DNA of 63,865 nt, the filler included, from Octopus bimaculoides (taxonomy: Eukaryota): the NCBI RefSeq assembly GCF_001194135.2. It is 5 parts of 4 records of this genome, joined end to end, with 100 filler letters (N's around TTAATTAATTAA, not from the genome) between each part and the next. Parts side by side here need not be neighbours in the genome. Positions count along the whole stretch, not along the records: positions 23,388 to 52,191 come from NC_068983.1; positions 52,292 to 59,514 come from NC_068996.1; 3 more parts are not named here. One strand, 5' to 3'. Positions 40,463-53,435 of the stretch are shown piece by piece. Under the pieces are notes generated by a model. It had not been told where the DNA came from, did not search any database, and was given only the letters and a program-made list of their open reading frames with translations. The translations under genes were made by a program, and so were the position numbers. How positions within the stretch are numbered: position 1 is the stretch's first letter; each line of letters starts with the position of its first letter.

Positions 40463-41379
40463 GTTGGAATTCACAAAATTTTCCCCATGCTCCACGTTTT
40501 CCATTATCACATTACAGTTATACGCCCGCACACATACATATACACACAGGCAAAGACACATATATAAACGTACATACATACATACATACATATATGTAGT
40601 GTGTATGTGTGTGTGTGAATATACAAACAAATACACACACATATATGTAAGTGAGTGTTTGTATATAGTATATAGGCGTGTAGTGGTGAGTAGTGAATTT
40701 GGTGTATGAAATCATATTGTCTCTTTGTATTGTGTTTTTCTGAATAGAACACCCGAACCTTTTTTTATTTCTTTCCCACATTCATCTTAACCAGATTGAT
40801 CATTGCACAGTAACACATTTATTGACATACGCATGCTATCACACCTACTTGCACGAACCACTAGTGAACAACAATGACTTATACCTCAGCTACATACAAA
40901 TTATTGACATCTCTAGATTACTCCAGGTATACCTTTGCTGTTTTCGAAATGAAAGATCTTGCAAAGCGTAAGAACATTTTGAAATATAATACATTCTACC
41001 TTCGAACGCCTTTGATAGACCTCTCGAATTGTAGAACTGTTAGCCCTATGGCTATGAGATATATATGTATGCATTTATGTGTTGGGCGGAGGCAAGTGTG
41101 CGTGTGTGTATGTGTGTGTGCATATGTGTTTGGGTTTACTAAGTAAAAAGCTGTAATGTAGGGCTTATATACTGTAAACTTGTAAATGAAGACAACATTT
41201 GCTGACGTACCTCGCGACTTGTGTGTAATCGTGGTCAATGATAGACAAATATTCTACGCGAAACTACTGATCTGTAAGTAAGTTCTGTTTGTTTTAATAA
41301 ACCCTGTGTGCAGGGTAGACACAAGGGATAACAAAAGCAAGGGATAACAATGCCGCCAATCACATTCGTGTGGAAAGGA

Positions 41380-41830
41380 GGGAAGCCAATCATGGAATAT
41401 GAAAGTAGACCTGGGCTAAAGTTTGCTCTTTCTCTAGTCGTCCAGAAAACTCGGGAGTCAAACATATTTTGTAGCAAAGCAGAAACACCTAATTGAGCTT
41501 TTAGTCTTATAGTAAGAAAGATGAGATCAAGCATTTGAATGGAAGCACACCAGGTATTAAAATCCTTTGAAGGATTAGAAGTAGAAGGGATAGCAGGCAT
41601 GGTGACTCCCAGTTGAAGTTGGCTGTAAAATATTTGCTGCCGAGTTACTATAGAGAATGCTTACAGCCATTGGTATTTGAAAACAGTATGGAGGAGGTAG
41701 GGGAAGAGATTCTTGCTACTTATGGAACAAAAGAGGAGTCGAAGATGAGATGCGATCTGATCCCCACTACAAAAAACACCGACAGGAGAAAATTACGGTT
41801 CGAGGTAGAAATGGCTAGTTATCGTAGACA
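41380..41830 (+). mobile_element. Decayed CR1-like LINE 3' region
   Basis: SYYRECLQPL...MRCDLI resembles the CR1 LSYEERL...RGDLI segment. Confidence 0.4.
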
Positions 41831-41994
41831 CATCGATTGAAAACAATTCTTCGACTAATCTATATTCGCCAACGGTAAATGAAGGAGAAGCAACTTCCTT
41901 TAGATGTCAAAGAGTCTAACATTTCTTTCATTGGCATATTTGATTTGCATATTTACATATATTCACACATACAAATACATACATCTGTCCTTTA

Positions 41995-42200
41995 CCTTTG
42001 TTTTGTTTTAGTCATTTGAGTGCAGCCATGCTGAGGCACCGCCTGGGAGAATTTTGGTCAGACAAATCGACCCTAGTACTTATTGTCTTAAACCTGCTAC
42101 TTGTTTTAGCCTTTTCTTTTGCCGAACTGCGAATCGCTCAGCTACGGGGACGTAAATTTGTCAAACATTTGTGGGGAATAAGCAAATCACAGACACAGAC
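41995..42200 (-). mobile_element. 3' half of the composite SINE
   Basis: GTCATTTGAGTGCAGCCATGCTG...ATCGACCC...GCCGAAC...GGGGACGTAAA. Confidence 0.7.
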
Positions 42201-42203
42201 ACA

Positions 42204-42237
<34 letters not shown>

Positions 42238-42261
42238 ACATACATACATACGCATATATGA

Positions 42262-42292
<31 letters not shown>

Positions 42293-42327
42293 CAGGGTGA
42301 CGAGATGTGTAGTGCAGTGATGTATAG

Positions 42328-42495
42328 GAGCAGGCGTGGCCGTGTTGTAAGAAGCTTGCTTCCCGACCACATGTTTCCGGGTTCAGTCCCACTGCGCGGC
42401 ACCTTCAGCTAGTGTCTTCTATTACAGCTTCAGACCAGCCAAAGCCTTGTAAGTGGATTTGGTAGACGGAAACTGAAAGAAGCCCGTCGTATGTA
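42328..42495 (+). mobile_element. 5' half of the composite tRNA SINE
   Basis: GCAGGCGTGGCCGTGTTGTAAGAAGCTTGCTTCCC...GGGTTCAGTCCC...GGTAGACGGAAACTGAAAGAAGCCCGTCGTA. Confidence 0.8.
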
Positions 42496-42506
42496 TGTGT
42501 GTCACT

Positions 42507-43167
42507 ACTGATAATGTTAGGAATAACAAAAGTGGGTATATCAGTAGATTAATGCCTAAAGTGTTCTGCTTCATCTAATTTTATGACTCTCAATATCACC
42601 GGGATCAGCTTTCACAGTCTGGAAAATAGCGGGAGATATTTTCCTACGTAGCGTTCAATGGTGGCGAACTCAAACGCATGTGGTTATGAATCTAATTTCT
42701 TAGCTACACAACCATTCTACACCTTCTAGATATACACGTTGCTGTATCTCTATCTTTCCGTGTATATATATATGTATATATATATATATATATGCGTGCG
42801 TGTGTGTGTGTGTGTATATAATACATATATGTACATATTTATATACATGCATACATTTCTAAGCCACACGTCCCACACACACACACTCATACTCAAAAGA
42901 AAGATTCGTCGTTAGCTATCTCTTATTGTGTTTGTTTATATACATGGATAGGCTTGAATATAAATCACTGTAAGCATGTATGAGTTGCTTGCTGCTCGCT
43001 GTGTATGCGGGTATATGTGTTTGTGCGTGTGCCATCTGATTCAGAGAAGATTACTGAAAATGTTAGGAGTAACAAAAGTGGGTATATCAGTAGATTAATG
43101 CCTAAGGTGTTCTGCTGCATTTAATTTTATCCCTCTCAATATCACCGGGATCAGCTTTCACAGTCTG
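42507..43167 (+). repeat. 115-bp direct repeat pair (42507-42621 and 43053-43167)
   Basis: ACTGA.AATGTTAGGA.TAACAAAAGTGGGTATATCAGTAGATTAATGCCTAA...GGGATCAGCTTTCACAGTCTG occurs twice. Confidence 0.85.
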
Positions 43168-43989
43168 TGATCGATAAAATAAATAGTAATTTCACACTGG
43201 AGTTTATTTCATTGATGCCATTGTCTATATCTATTGCTTTCAGAAATTGATCTTTCAGTTATGCAAAAGAAATCGATATAAATATATTTCTTTCAGAAAA
43301 GTAGTTTTGTTTTGCAACTATGTCGAGCGGGAGTGTGAAAACGTGCAGTTTCACTAGGAGCGAAGTGTAAGTGCATAGGAACGAATGAGGCTACAGCTGT
43401 CTTGACAGAAACTACGAATCGTTCATTTAAAAAAATACTTAGATGGGTCTAAGATCACACTGATCTACGTTAATTAAAGTCTTATATGCGTTAATTTGCA
43501 TAATTATTCTTTTATTAGCTTCAATCACTGGATTACAGTCATATCGTCTTTAATGGTGTAGCCTAAAAAATTGAAGCAGTGGTTTTTCTTAAGCCTGGTT
43601 CATATTCTAAATTTCTCTATTGACTAGCCTTTAATTTAAGGGGCTGAAAGTAAATTGACAACGGTTACGAAACTGCGTTTATGAATACTGACCAAAACAT
43701 ACGCTTACATATAGAGATATATACCTCCATGCATATACATATGCAATCATATACAACTGTATATGCATATTCCCGTGTATATTTAACACACACACTTACG
43801 ACAGAAACAAGTATCTGTTTTTATAAATGAAATAACGCCAACACAAAATACAAAATATACATAATAAATAATAGAACTGCAACACCTCTGCCACTACCCA
43901 CGCAAGATATACTCATTGTAGGCGTGTGTACGTCCGTGTGAATGGAAGGACATGTGTGTGTATGTGTATATGTATGTATGTATATATAT

Positions 43990-44222
43990 GATTGACGTTG
44001 ACTGAACACTATTCAATTTTTTTCTCCCAATTTTTTTTCTCCATGTTTTTTTTTCTCCCTTTTTTTTTCTCCGTGTTTTTCTCCTTGTCTCCGTATTCTT
44101 TCTGTTGAAGAGCGTAGCTCGAAACGTCAAAGACTTTCCGTATTCCCGAGCGTCATACTAATACATCCTTTTGTTATTTACACCACCTGTCCTCGTCTGT
44201 TGTTGTTTTTTCGTATATTCTC

Positions 44223-44225
<3 letters not shown>
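43990..44225 (+). mobile_element. T-rich Penelope-like short element flanked by (TA)n
   Basis: Contains a hammerhead-like fold and is bounded by TA microsatellites. Confidence 0.55.
44097..44133 (+). ncRNA. Minimal hammerhead fold with variant core (CUGUUGA)
   Basis: Stem I TCTTT/AAAGA; CTGTTGA 44102-44108; stem II GAGC gta GCTC; GAAA 44121-44124; C-GTC with palindromic ACGT. Confidence 0.55.
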
Positions 44226-44259
<34 letters not shown>

Positions 44260-45099
44260 GGGGCACATCACAATGAAAGCAGGATATACAGAAATCCATA
44301 AAGATAAATACATGTAATTATGAACAATCCCAGTACATAACTGTACATACACACGCGCACACACACGCACACACATAGACATACAGAAGCCGACACACAC
44401 ACGCACACACACACAGACACACCCACACACCCACAACATGCGCGGTCTGAGACGATAGTAGAAGACACTTATAGTTAAAAGACAATGTACTGTATGATGA
44501 GGTTAAACTCGAAACCACGTACTTTTGAAGCGAACTGCTTCCCTCTGCAGCATGCCTTTATCCCATATAATTAATCAGATTGGTGATACGGGAGACCTGC
44601 GTTGGTGTTCAAGATTATTTTCTAGAGTGCACAACTGGTTCTTGGTTCATATGGAGAAAAAAATGCTCACTTTGCTAATTGGCAGAAGGTGATTATGGAA
44701 TTTTCAAATTGTTATTCCTTAAATTCAAATATTTTTTATTATCTAGATAGGATTTATATTATTCTAGAATACATCGATAAATTTAAATATCAAAGAATTA
44801 TCTGATTATGAAAGAATTCACCCGAGTTTCTAGGAAACCGAAGCTTCCTACAGTGTCATGTCAAATTAGATTTTTCTAGAATTTGTAATTTGATCTTAGC
44901 ATTATTCAAAACGCGAAACCTATTTCGCCATTGATACACACGATCGAATTTCTCTTCTCTATATTCTCCCCCACTTGAGTTTTTTGTTGTTTTCACTGTT
45001 GGAAAATAACACTTATTTTCGGTTACCTTACGAATTCTGATTTGACCCTTGTAATTTCAAGCCTATATGATTTATGTGGTTAGGTGGTTGATGATTTCG

Positions 45100-45133
<34 letters not shown>

Positions 45134-46279
45134 CATTTACATAAGTATTTTTGGTTTCCTAACTTTATAGTAAGAATGCTTTTAACATTTATGCAAAGTT
45201 TCACTTCAGATTTAAGCCCATACAAATAATTGTGCATAAAACCCTTTAATTATTGAACTAACCTCCTATTGGTACAATAACAACTCCACGTTCTGCTTTC
45301 TTACTAGAAAAAAGCAGTAGCGTGAAATGAAACTGAAACAGTAACTGCAGAGGATGTAGTGATAGAGAAGAAACAACGAATTACATTTTCTCCGGTTGCA
45401 TAGTCTTAGCTAATGTAAAATGTAGCTATAGGCATGGTAGATTTGAGAATTGCCAACTTTGAATTTTATGGTAGTTTTATAATATAACAACAGAAATGTG
45501 TTAGAATAGGCTTACACCATAAAAGTTCTCAGAAATTGACAAAAGAGACAATCTCCGGAATAAGCCAATACACATAGGGAGATAAAAGTTAATCGACAGG
45601 GCTTTGTTAAGGATCACTAAAAATAGAAATGCCTTCTAATCATTGTATCAGTTCCAACAAATGATAATGTCCTCCTCATAGAAAAGGCTGAAAATATTCA
45701 AATACAAGGATAGCCTGAATGTTGGGTTGAAAATAGAAATATTCTTAATAATAATAGGTATATGAGAAATGATACAAGAACATGATGGCAAATACTAAAG
45801 CAGGAAAGATTATATCCTCAGTTCTTTTAGTTTTACTTCATTTAAAATAGATTTTACCATAGCCATGAGGCAGACGAAAACTACCAGCTAATTGCGATCG
45901 AAGGTAGAACGTGTAATGATCCTTACGACGTATTCGGCTGATAGTTGGATCCCTTCTACAGCAATAACAAATATTCGACACAACTCCGTTGGTCAGCAGT
46001 GTTGGACATTGAATGAGTGTTTGCAGAACGGTTTTCTCGCTCTATGTGCATTCTGGACAATTCCTGCTGGCAACACTTTACTATCAATAGAGATTATCTC
46101 GATTCGGTAAAGTTCCGATGATGCTACTAATGTTTACATTATCAGTGGGATAATCTTCTAGGATCAATTATTTAGTTGAACTTTGTGGAGGTTGAGTATA
46201 TGTCTAAGAATACTATCGTCTTCTCCATTGCTAATATTCTATAGAAAGAAAGGTTTGACGTACCAACGACCATATTGCT

Positions 46280-46860
46280 CACCCAACTAATAAAGACCTG
46301 GAAGTTCCTAACATCATTCAAAATGTTAAATGCCTTATTTTGGTCTTTGCTAAGAGACGATATGCTTGAGAAATATTAGGACAATAGAATTTAAGGTACA
46401 TCTCAATATATAGACATGTCTTGATTTATGCGTAACCAGAAACTATTTTTCGGTCTGGTGTCTACCACCTCGATTATTATTATGTTCGATACCCTCCTGT
46501 CAAGAATAAAAAGACTTCAAACTTAACATGTTCAGATCCATCATATTCCTTCGTACAGCTTACAAAGTCTACAGGATAAATAAGCTTTTGGAAAAATAAA
46601 ATTAACTAATTTCTAGGAGGGAAAAATAAAACGGCATAAAGGTTCACGTTAATATATGATTATGCAATCAATTACTTATCAACACACCAATAACAGGAGA
46701 CTGTAGAAGGACTGTAGAAGGACTGTAGAAATGGTACAGAGCGACTGCGCGACGCCATCTGTACACGCACAACCTAGAAATAAGATGCATGTGTAGGTAC
46801 AAATGATTAAAAGATATACCATGCAGGTCATTAGTAAATCACAAACAATAATGTAGATTC
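46280..46860 (+). mobile_element. Possible very old CR1-like LINE fragment
   Basis: KDLEV (like EKDLGV) and VEMVQ..RAT-like segments only. Confidence 0.25.
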
Positions 46861-48129
46861 AAGAAAAGGTGGAAATTACAAAACTTTATCCTATCTCCAC
46901 TCTATTTCTTCCTGACGATCCAAACTTTATATAACCATACAAAATAAACTATGGGCGGATAAACAAGCTGCAGATGGATGATCAAACATTTTGTCTGTGA
47001 ACTGACTTTCTCAGTTTGTTTGATGCCAATGATGAATAACCAGATATACTATTACAAGCCACACAAGGGACTTTTGCAGGAATTTAAAAGATTTCAATAA
47101 ATAAAACGTGCCCAGGAATCTTTGAAGAGAGCCCGTCATCATTCAATAATTCCCTACATCAAAAATAATATTGACAAATGGATATAATATTGCATGCATG
47201 CTGTCTGTCTATTATTGAAATTGTACAGTCGTAAGAATATTATAATCGTTGGTCCCAGTGAGCTGACATATCGGCTGACGGGTGTGAAATCATTGAGAGT
47301 AAGAAGATATCCTATATCGTGCGTTGGCCTCGCAAATTGGTCGGATTAACTTATCATAGATCTACCTAAAATATACAATATATTTGAATATATTCAGTGT
47401 TCATACTTTTATTTATTCCATATAGGTCTTATTCACATCCACGGTGAATTTCGAAGGGTTGTAGCGCTAGATTAAAATATTTATAAACTTCATCCATTGG
47501 TGAAATACATGTCTCAAAAGACAGACAGAAACATACAAAAAAACTACTTACGTTAGAAATAGCAGTTGAATTATAGCTATAAAATTCTTGAAGGAAGCGC
47601 CCCGACATGGAGCGCTTCACACATATACACACAAACCATAATTATCGGAAAGAACAAATTGATTATAGTGTACAAATGTATCTAATTCCTACGTATTTCT
47701 CTCACAGGTACATAAAATACTAAGTCTTCATGTAACGATATTTAAAGTTGACTTACCTAATTTTATTTTGCTCTATAGTCTTTAAATACTGTAGAACTTC
47801 ATCCTGGGGAGAAATAAAAACAATGTAACATTGACGAATCAAACAACTAAGGTTCGCTAATATGACAGTACTATTGATAATATTCTAGAAGTACTCATAT
47901 AAATTGCACATATAGGATCTATTCCGTTTGTCGCACAGATTTTTCGATTATTTTTTAAAACTAAACAGCATGAAACTTTGTATATTGGTGGAATTTCTCT
48001 CCCAGAACACGGTTTACTTTGAACATGTTTGGCAAAATTTCGTATTTTAGAAGTTATTTCGTGTTAAAGTTATCATATTTCGGTGATTTTAGCCAACGAC
48101 TGATATTCGTGCTGGGAATAATCTCCATT

Positions 48130-48329
48130 AGTGAAATACTTATGAGCCCAAACCGCAGAGTGACAGAGTTGGGGACTTGCAAAATCCTCTGGGATTTCCC
48201 AATCCAAGAAAATAAGGTGCTAAAGCATAACAGACCAGACCTAGTGGTGGTGGACAAGGTGCACCACATATGATGTATAGTTGACGTTGCATGCCCCTCT
48301 GATCCACGAATATTCAAGAAGGAAGGTGA

Positions 48330-48392
<63 letters not shown>

Positions 48393-48695
48393 CAACCTTC
48401 TTAACTATGATATAGCCAGGCTATGGAAAATGAAGGTGAATATAGTGTTGGGTCCTTGGGGACAGAATCAGAAGTCATCTAAGGGAATGTGGAGGAAATT
48501 TGAATAGAGTGCCCAGTAGAACAGTTACAAAAGGTTTGTCTCCTTGGCACGGCCAGAATAATCAGGAAAGTATTAGATAACTGAAAAGAACGATTAGCAT
48601 GGTAGCGTAAGCTGCGGGTGATAAGCTCGCTACTCATGCAAGACTCCAGGAACTCCAACAAAACCTGTAATAAAGAGAAAATAATAATAATAACA
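48130..48695 (+). mobile_element. R4/Dong-like non-LTR 3' end (restriction-like endonuclease domain), with internal (GATA)15 and a (TAA)n tail
   Basis: KILWDFPIQENKVLKHNRPDLVVVDK...DVACP...LQKVCLLGTARIIRKVL. Confidence 0.85.
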
Positions 48696-49478
48696 CAGTT
48701 ATGTTTATTCATCACATAGTCCTCTCTTATTTCATTTGGATTTTAGAAAGTGAGTTGCTTTTCAGATTTTCGTTATCACTTATATGGTGGATGATCTAGA
48801 GAGACGTAATGTTGTAACTATTGTATGTTTCCATTGATTATTCAGTGCTGTCTCAGTATCGAGTAAGCGAGTTACTACTTCCTCTAAATTTGTGAAAACA
48901 ATATATCAGTAAAAGGGAATGGTTTTTTAACAATGTCTCACATAAGAACAAAATTATTGCCATTTTCACTCGTACTCTTTGTTAATCCTGCTTCCCATTT
49001 TCTCCCTAATCTTTTATACATATTTCTGAATAAAATATGAATTTTGATTTCACGTCACAATGCGTTTAAATACAATTCTTAGATACACGAATACATTTGT
49101 AGTCCTTTATAAAGAAAATATGTCCCATATAAATATAGATTGCGAAATTTTGTGGCCGATATAATATTTTATGTTTGAGAGAGAAACAATAACCAAATAG
49201 GAGCAATTATTTCATACAGGTCAGCTACTGATCCCTATGGTAAAATCTCTATATGCTGACGGGGTAGAATTTAACTTCACCTCCCACGATACATTAAATT
49301 CTATGCGAAATTGGCATGTCAATCTAATGCCACTCAACTGTGGAAGGGAGGTTGTCTCCCCTGTCAGTAAATAGAAAATGTGTTTTCAGTGGCTATTTCT
49401 AGCAATGCTGGTGCTCCTTGCACCCTTCGTCCTTTTTTAGTGACGAAGTCTCCTTGCGTCTAGCCACCTTAATTATCT

Positions 49479-49532
<54 letters not shown>

Positions 49533-51051
49533 NNNNNNNNNNNNNNNNNNNNNNNNNNNNNNNNNNNNNNNNNNNNNNNNNNNNNNNNNNNNNNNNNNNN
49601 NNNNNNNNNNNNNNNNNNNNNNNNNNNNNNNNNNNNNNNNNNNNNNNNNNNNNNNNNNNNNNNNNNNNNNNNNNNNNNNNNNNNNNNNNNNNNNNNNNNN
49701 NNNNNNNNNNNNNNNNNNNNNNNNNNNNNNNNNNNNNNNNNNNNNNNNNNNNNNNNNNNNNNNNNNNNNNNNNNNNNNNNNNNNNNNNNNNNNNNNNNNN
49801 NNNNNNNNNNNNNNNNNNNNNNNNNNNNNNNNNNNNNNNNNNNNNNNNNNNNNNNNNNNNNNNNNNNNNNNNNNNNNNNNNNNNNNNNNNNNNNNNNNNN
49901 NNNNNNNNNNNNNNNNNNNNNNNNNNNNNNNNNNNNNNNNNNNNNNNNNNNNNNNNNNNNNNNNNNNNNNNNNNNNNNNNNNNNNNNNNNNNNNNNNNNN
50001 NNNNNNNNNNNNNNNNNNNNNNNNNNNNNNNNNNNNNNNNNNNNNNNNNNNNNNNNNNNNNNNNNNNNNNNNNNNNNNNNNNNNNNNNNNNNNNNNNNNN
50101 NNNNNNNNNNNNNNNNNATCATTTATTTGGATGCGTGTTAGGCTCCAAATTTCAATCAAACCTACAACTCCCATTCTAACGTCTTAAAAACAATGAAGCA
50201 CACGTTCATTATTGTGATCTAAGATATAATTTTCTCGGAAAAAAAAAAGATGTCTTCCTTATGGCTAGTACGTTTTTACTCCTACGCGCGTTACATCAGA
50301 AGTTGGCACCAAAAGACAAGAAAACAACACCAACCGAATATAACTAACTTCCAGGCATTGAAATAACAAGAACGCCTACTCAATTCCTATATGTTTTTCT
50401 TCTACATATCCATACTCTTGCTCTTTCTATCTCTCCAGTTTTGTCTATTCCCCTTTGACCTCCATATCCTTTCCCCTCTCCCACTCCCGCTTTCGCTTGC
50501 TTTATTTATTATATTCTATGCTGAGTTATTATCCTAGCTTCTTTCACAAGCAAAAGCATTATAATTAGAAGCAGCGAATATATTATTTTATATTATTTCA
50601 TTAACAGGACAATGACATCTGAAAGCTTCATCAGGCTTGTCAGGCAGATACCAGCTTTTAATCTACATTCTCTTAGCATTCTTTTGTTATTTAATCAAAG
50701 TACATCATATAAATGTTTGCAAATAACTGTTAGGGCAAATGCTAATTTTCAGGTTATACTTGATCCAATTAAAGCTAAATACACACACATACATGCACAC
50801 ATACTTACATACATACGTATGCACATGCATGGACCTATAAACCTATGTCGCTGGCTGTGCGCGCTCGCGAGTGTGTGATTACACATGTATGTATACGAGT
50901 GAATGTATATCTATACATATTTGTGTATGCATGCATGGAAATGCATACATATATAGAAGAGGCTAATTAATTTCGATACCAATATATATATACGAAACTA
51001 AATGCATTACCATTCTAGCACATTTAATTATTTATATATTTATTATGATTA

Positions 51052-51106
<55 letters not shown>

Positions 51107-51108
51107 CA

Positions 51109-51170
<62 letters not shown>

Positions 51171-51913
51171 TTATGTTTGAATTTTGTTTTACATTTGTGC
51201 AAGTTGGCTCCAAGACTCAACCAGAGACCTCAAGAGGCAACAAGTTGGAAGTTCATGTTGGTGTTATGCCTAGGATGCCATATATTTGGTTTTGTAGATA
51301 GTGTATAATATGGCGTATAATAGATATATGGCGTATAATAGAAATATTTTAATGATCTCCCTTGCAAGAAATATCATAGAGTAACCTCCCTTTTCTAAGT
51401 TTCTCGAAGCATTTGTGTCTTGAGACGTGATTCTTAATTATTCAAGAAGCGTTGCGTTTCTCTCGGAAGTTTCTAGAATGTCTAGCGTTTCATTAATAAA
51501 AGCAGCTAACCCATCCTTTCACTCCTTAGTCGACTAGACTTAGAGTCATTCCCGTCGTTCCTATGTATATCTGATTCTGTACGCGCTATAGCAGAAATGA
51601 CTGAAAGCCTTCACTTAGCTGTTATTCTACATTTTCTATCTCTGAACTTTCTTGTATAGATTCCTTCATTCAACTATTTTCTACAATTTGATGACATGTA
51701 TCATCATCCAAAGAAGAATAAAAGACGTTTTTATGTAGTAGATACATAGATCTTGAATTTATTCTTTCATCTCTCTATGAAGTCTTGTAAAAACATACAC
51801 CCAGCCACATCAACACTTAGTACTGACTATATATCCAACTACAAAAGGATTATTATTATTATTATTATTAGTCCTCTCCTCCAAATTGGCTGTCTTTGTG
51901 GAAAATTTGAAAC

Positions 51914-51965
<52 letters not shown>

Positions 51966-51966
51966 G

Positions 51967-52191
51967 TTCAGTAGTTTTATTTTTATAACGTGCTTTCACT
52001 TCACTACCGAGCGCAGCTCTGTGCGCCTTGGGTATGTGCTGTGGTTTGCTGTGGTGCTCTTATGTTTACTGTATTGAAAGTGTTTTGCGTAGAATGTGTG
52101 CAGTACCCAGTAGTGCAATTTTCTGTATGTTATATATATTTGTAAGTCCTGGTATTTTTGTTATGTATTTGTCTGAATATTTTTTTATTAT
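51967..52191 (-). mobile_element. R4/Dong-like 3' end (second family) abutting (ATT)n
   Basis: Minus strand reads YITKIPGLTNIYNIQKIALLGTAHILRKTLSIQ*; near-identical to 62104-62287. Confidence 0.8.
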
Positions 52192-52322
52192 NNNNNNNNN
52201 NNNNNNNNNNNNNNNNNNNNNNNNNNNNNNNNNNNTTAATTAATTAANNNNNNNNNNNNNNNNNNNNNNNNNNNNNNNNNNNNNNNNNNNNAAAGCACGT
52301 TATAAAAATAAAACTACTGAAC

Positions 52323-52805
<483 letters not shown>

Positions 52806-52809
52806 ATAA

Positions 52810-53135
52810 TAATAGTATTAATAATACCGAAAAATTACCGACGAATGACATGTCTCAACACGAGCTACAAGATCCTCATATCCATATTAACTGAAAGAAT
52901 ATACGCTTTCTTTGAAGAGAGGTCTATCCTTCAACATGCTCAAAAAAGGTTTATAAGAGATTCTTATGATTGCAAACATCACTTATGCATAAATAAAATT
53001 ATTCTTAGAGAAATGCCGGAGCAAAAGGAAGAACTTGAGTATGGCATGGATAGACTACTGGAAAGCGTTTGGTAGTGTCCCACATAACTGGCTACCCAAG
53101 GTCCTTGGAATATACAAGATCTCTCCTCTCGTCTC
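52810..53135 (+). mobile_element. R4/Dong-like RT N-terminal fragment
   Basis: PKNYRRMTCLNTSYKILISILTERIY...L.INK.I...LSMAWIDYWKAFGSVPHNWL. Confidence 0.8.
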
Positions 53136-53239
53136 ATACTTGAATTGATAATATCAACTTACCTACTCCTCTAAGACTTGCTGGCTTTTTTTGCCTTTAT
53201 TATTTGCTGGGTTTCTTTTTGCTAAAATCACAAAGAATT

Positions 53240-53435
53240 TTGTAGAATCGTTTGCATACAGGGAAAAATGATTGGCAGCATTTTGTCCCATTTTATGATC
53301 TACGTTCAAATTCCACCGAGTTCGTCTTTACCTTTCATCCTTTAGGGGTCAATAAAATAAGTACCAGTTGAACACTGGGGGTCGATGTAATTGACTTATC
53401 TCCTTCCCCAAAATTGCTGGCTTTGTTTCAAAATT
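53240..53435 (+). mobile_element. Meta-like-domain SINE
   Basis: GTTCAAATTCCACCGAG...CCTTTCATCCTTTAGGGGTCAATAAAATAAGTACCAG. Confidence 0.75.

Noticed and set aside
44485-44525. ATGATGA-GGTTAAACTC-GAAAC as a hammerhead
   Set aside because: C3 is lost and stems I and II are weak; at best a decayed remnant.
51340-51740. Possible solo LTR
   Set aside because: Only a TTCTAGAA/AATAAA resemblance; no TG...CA ends or TSD were found.
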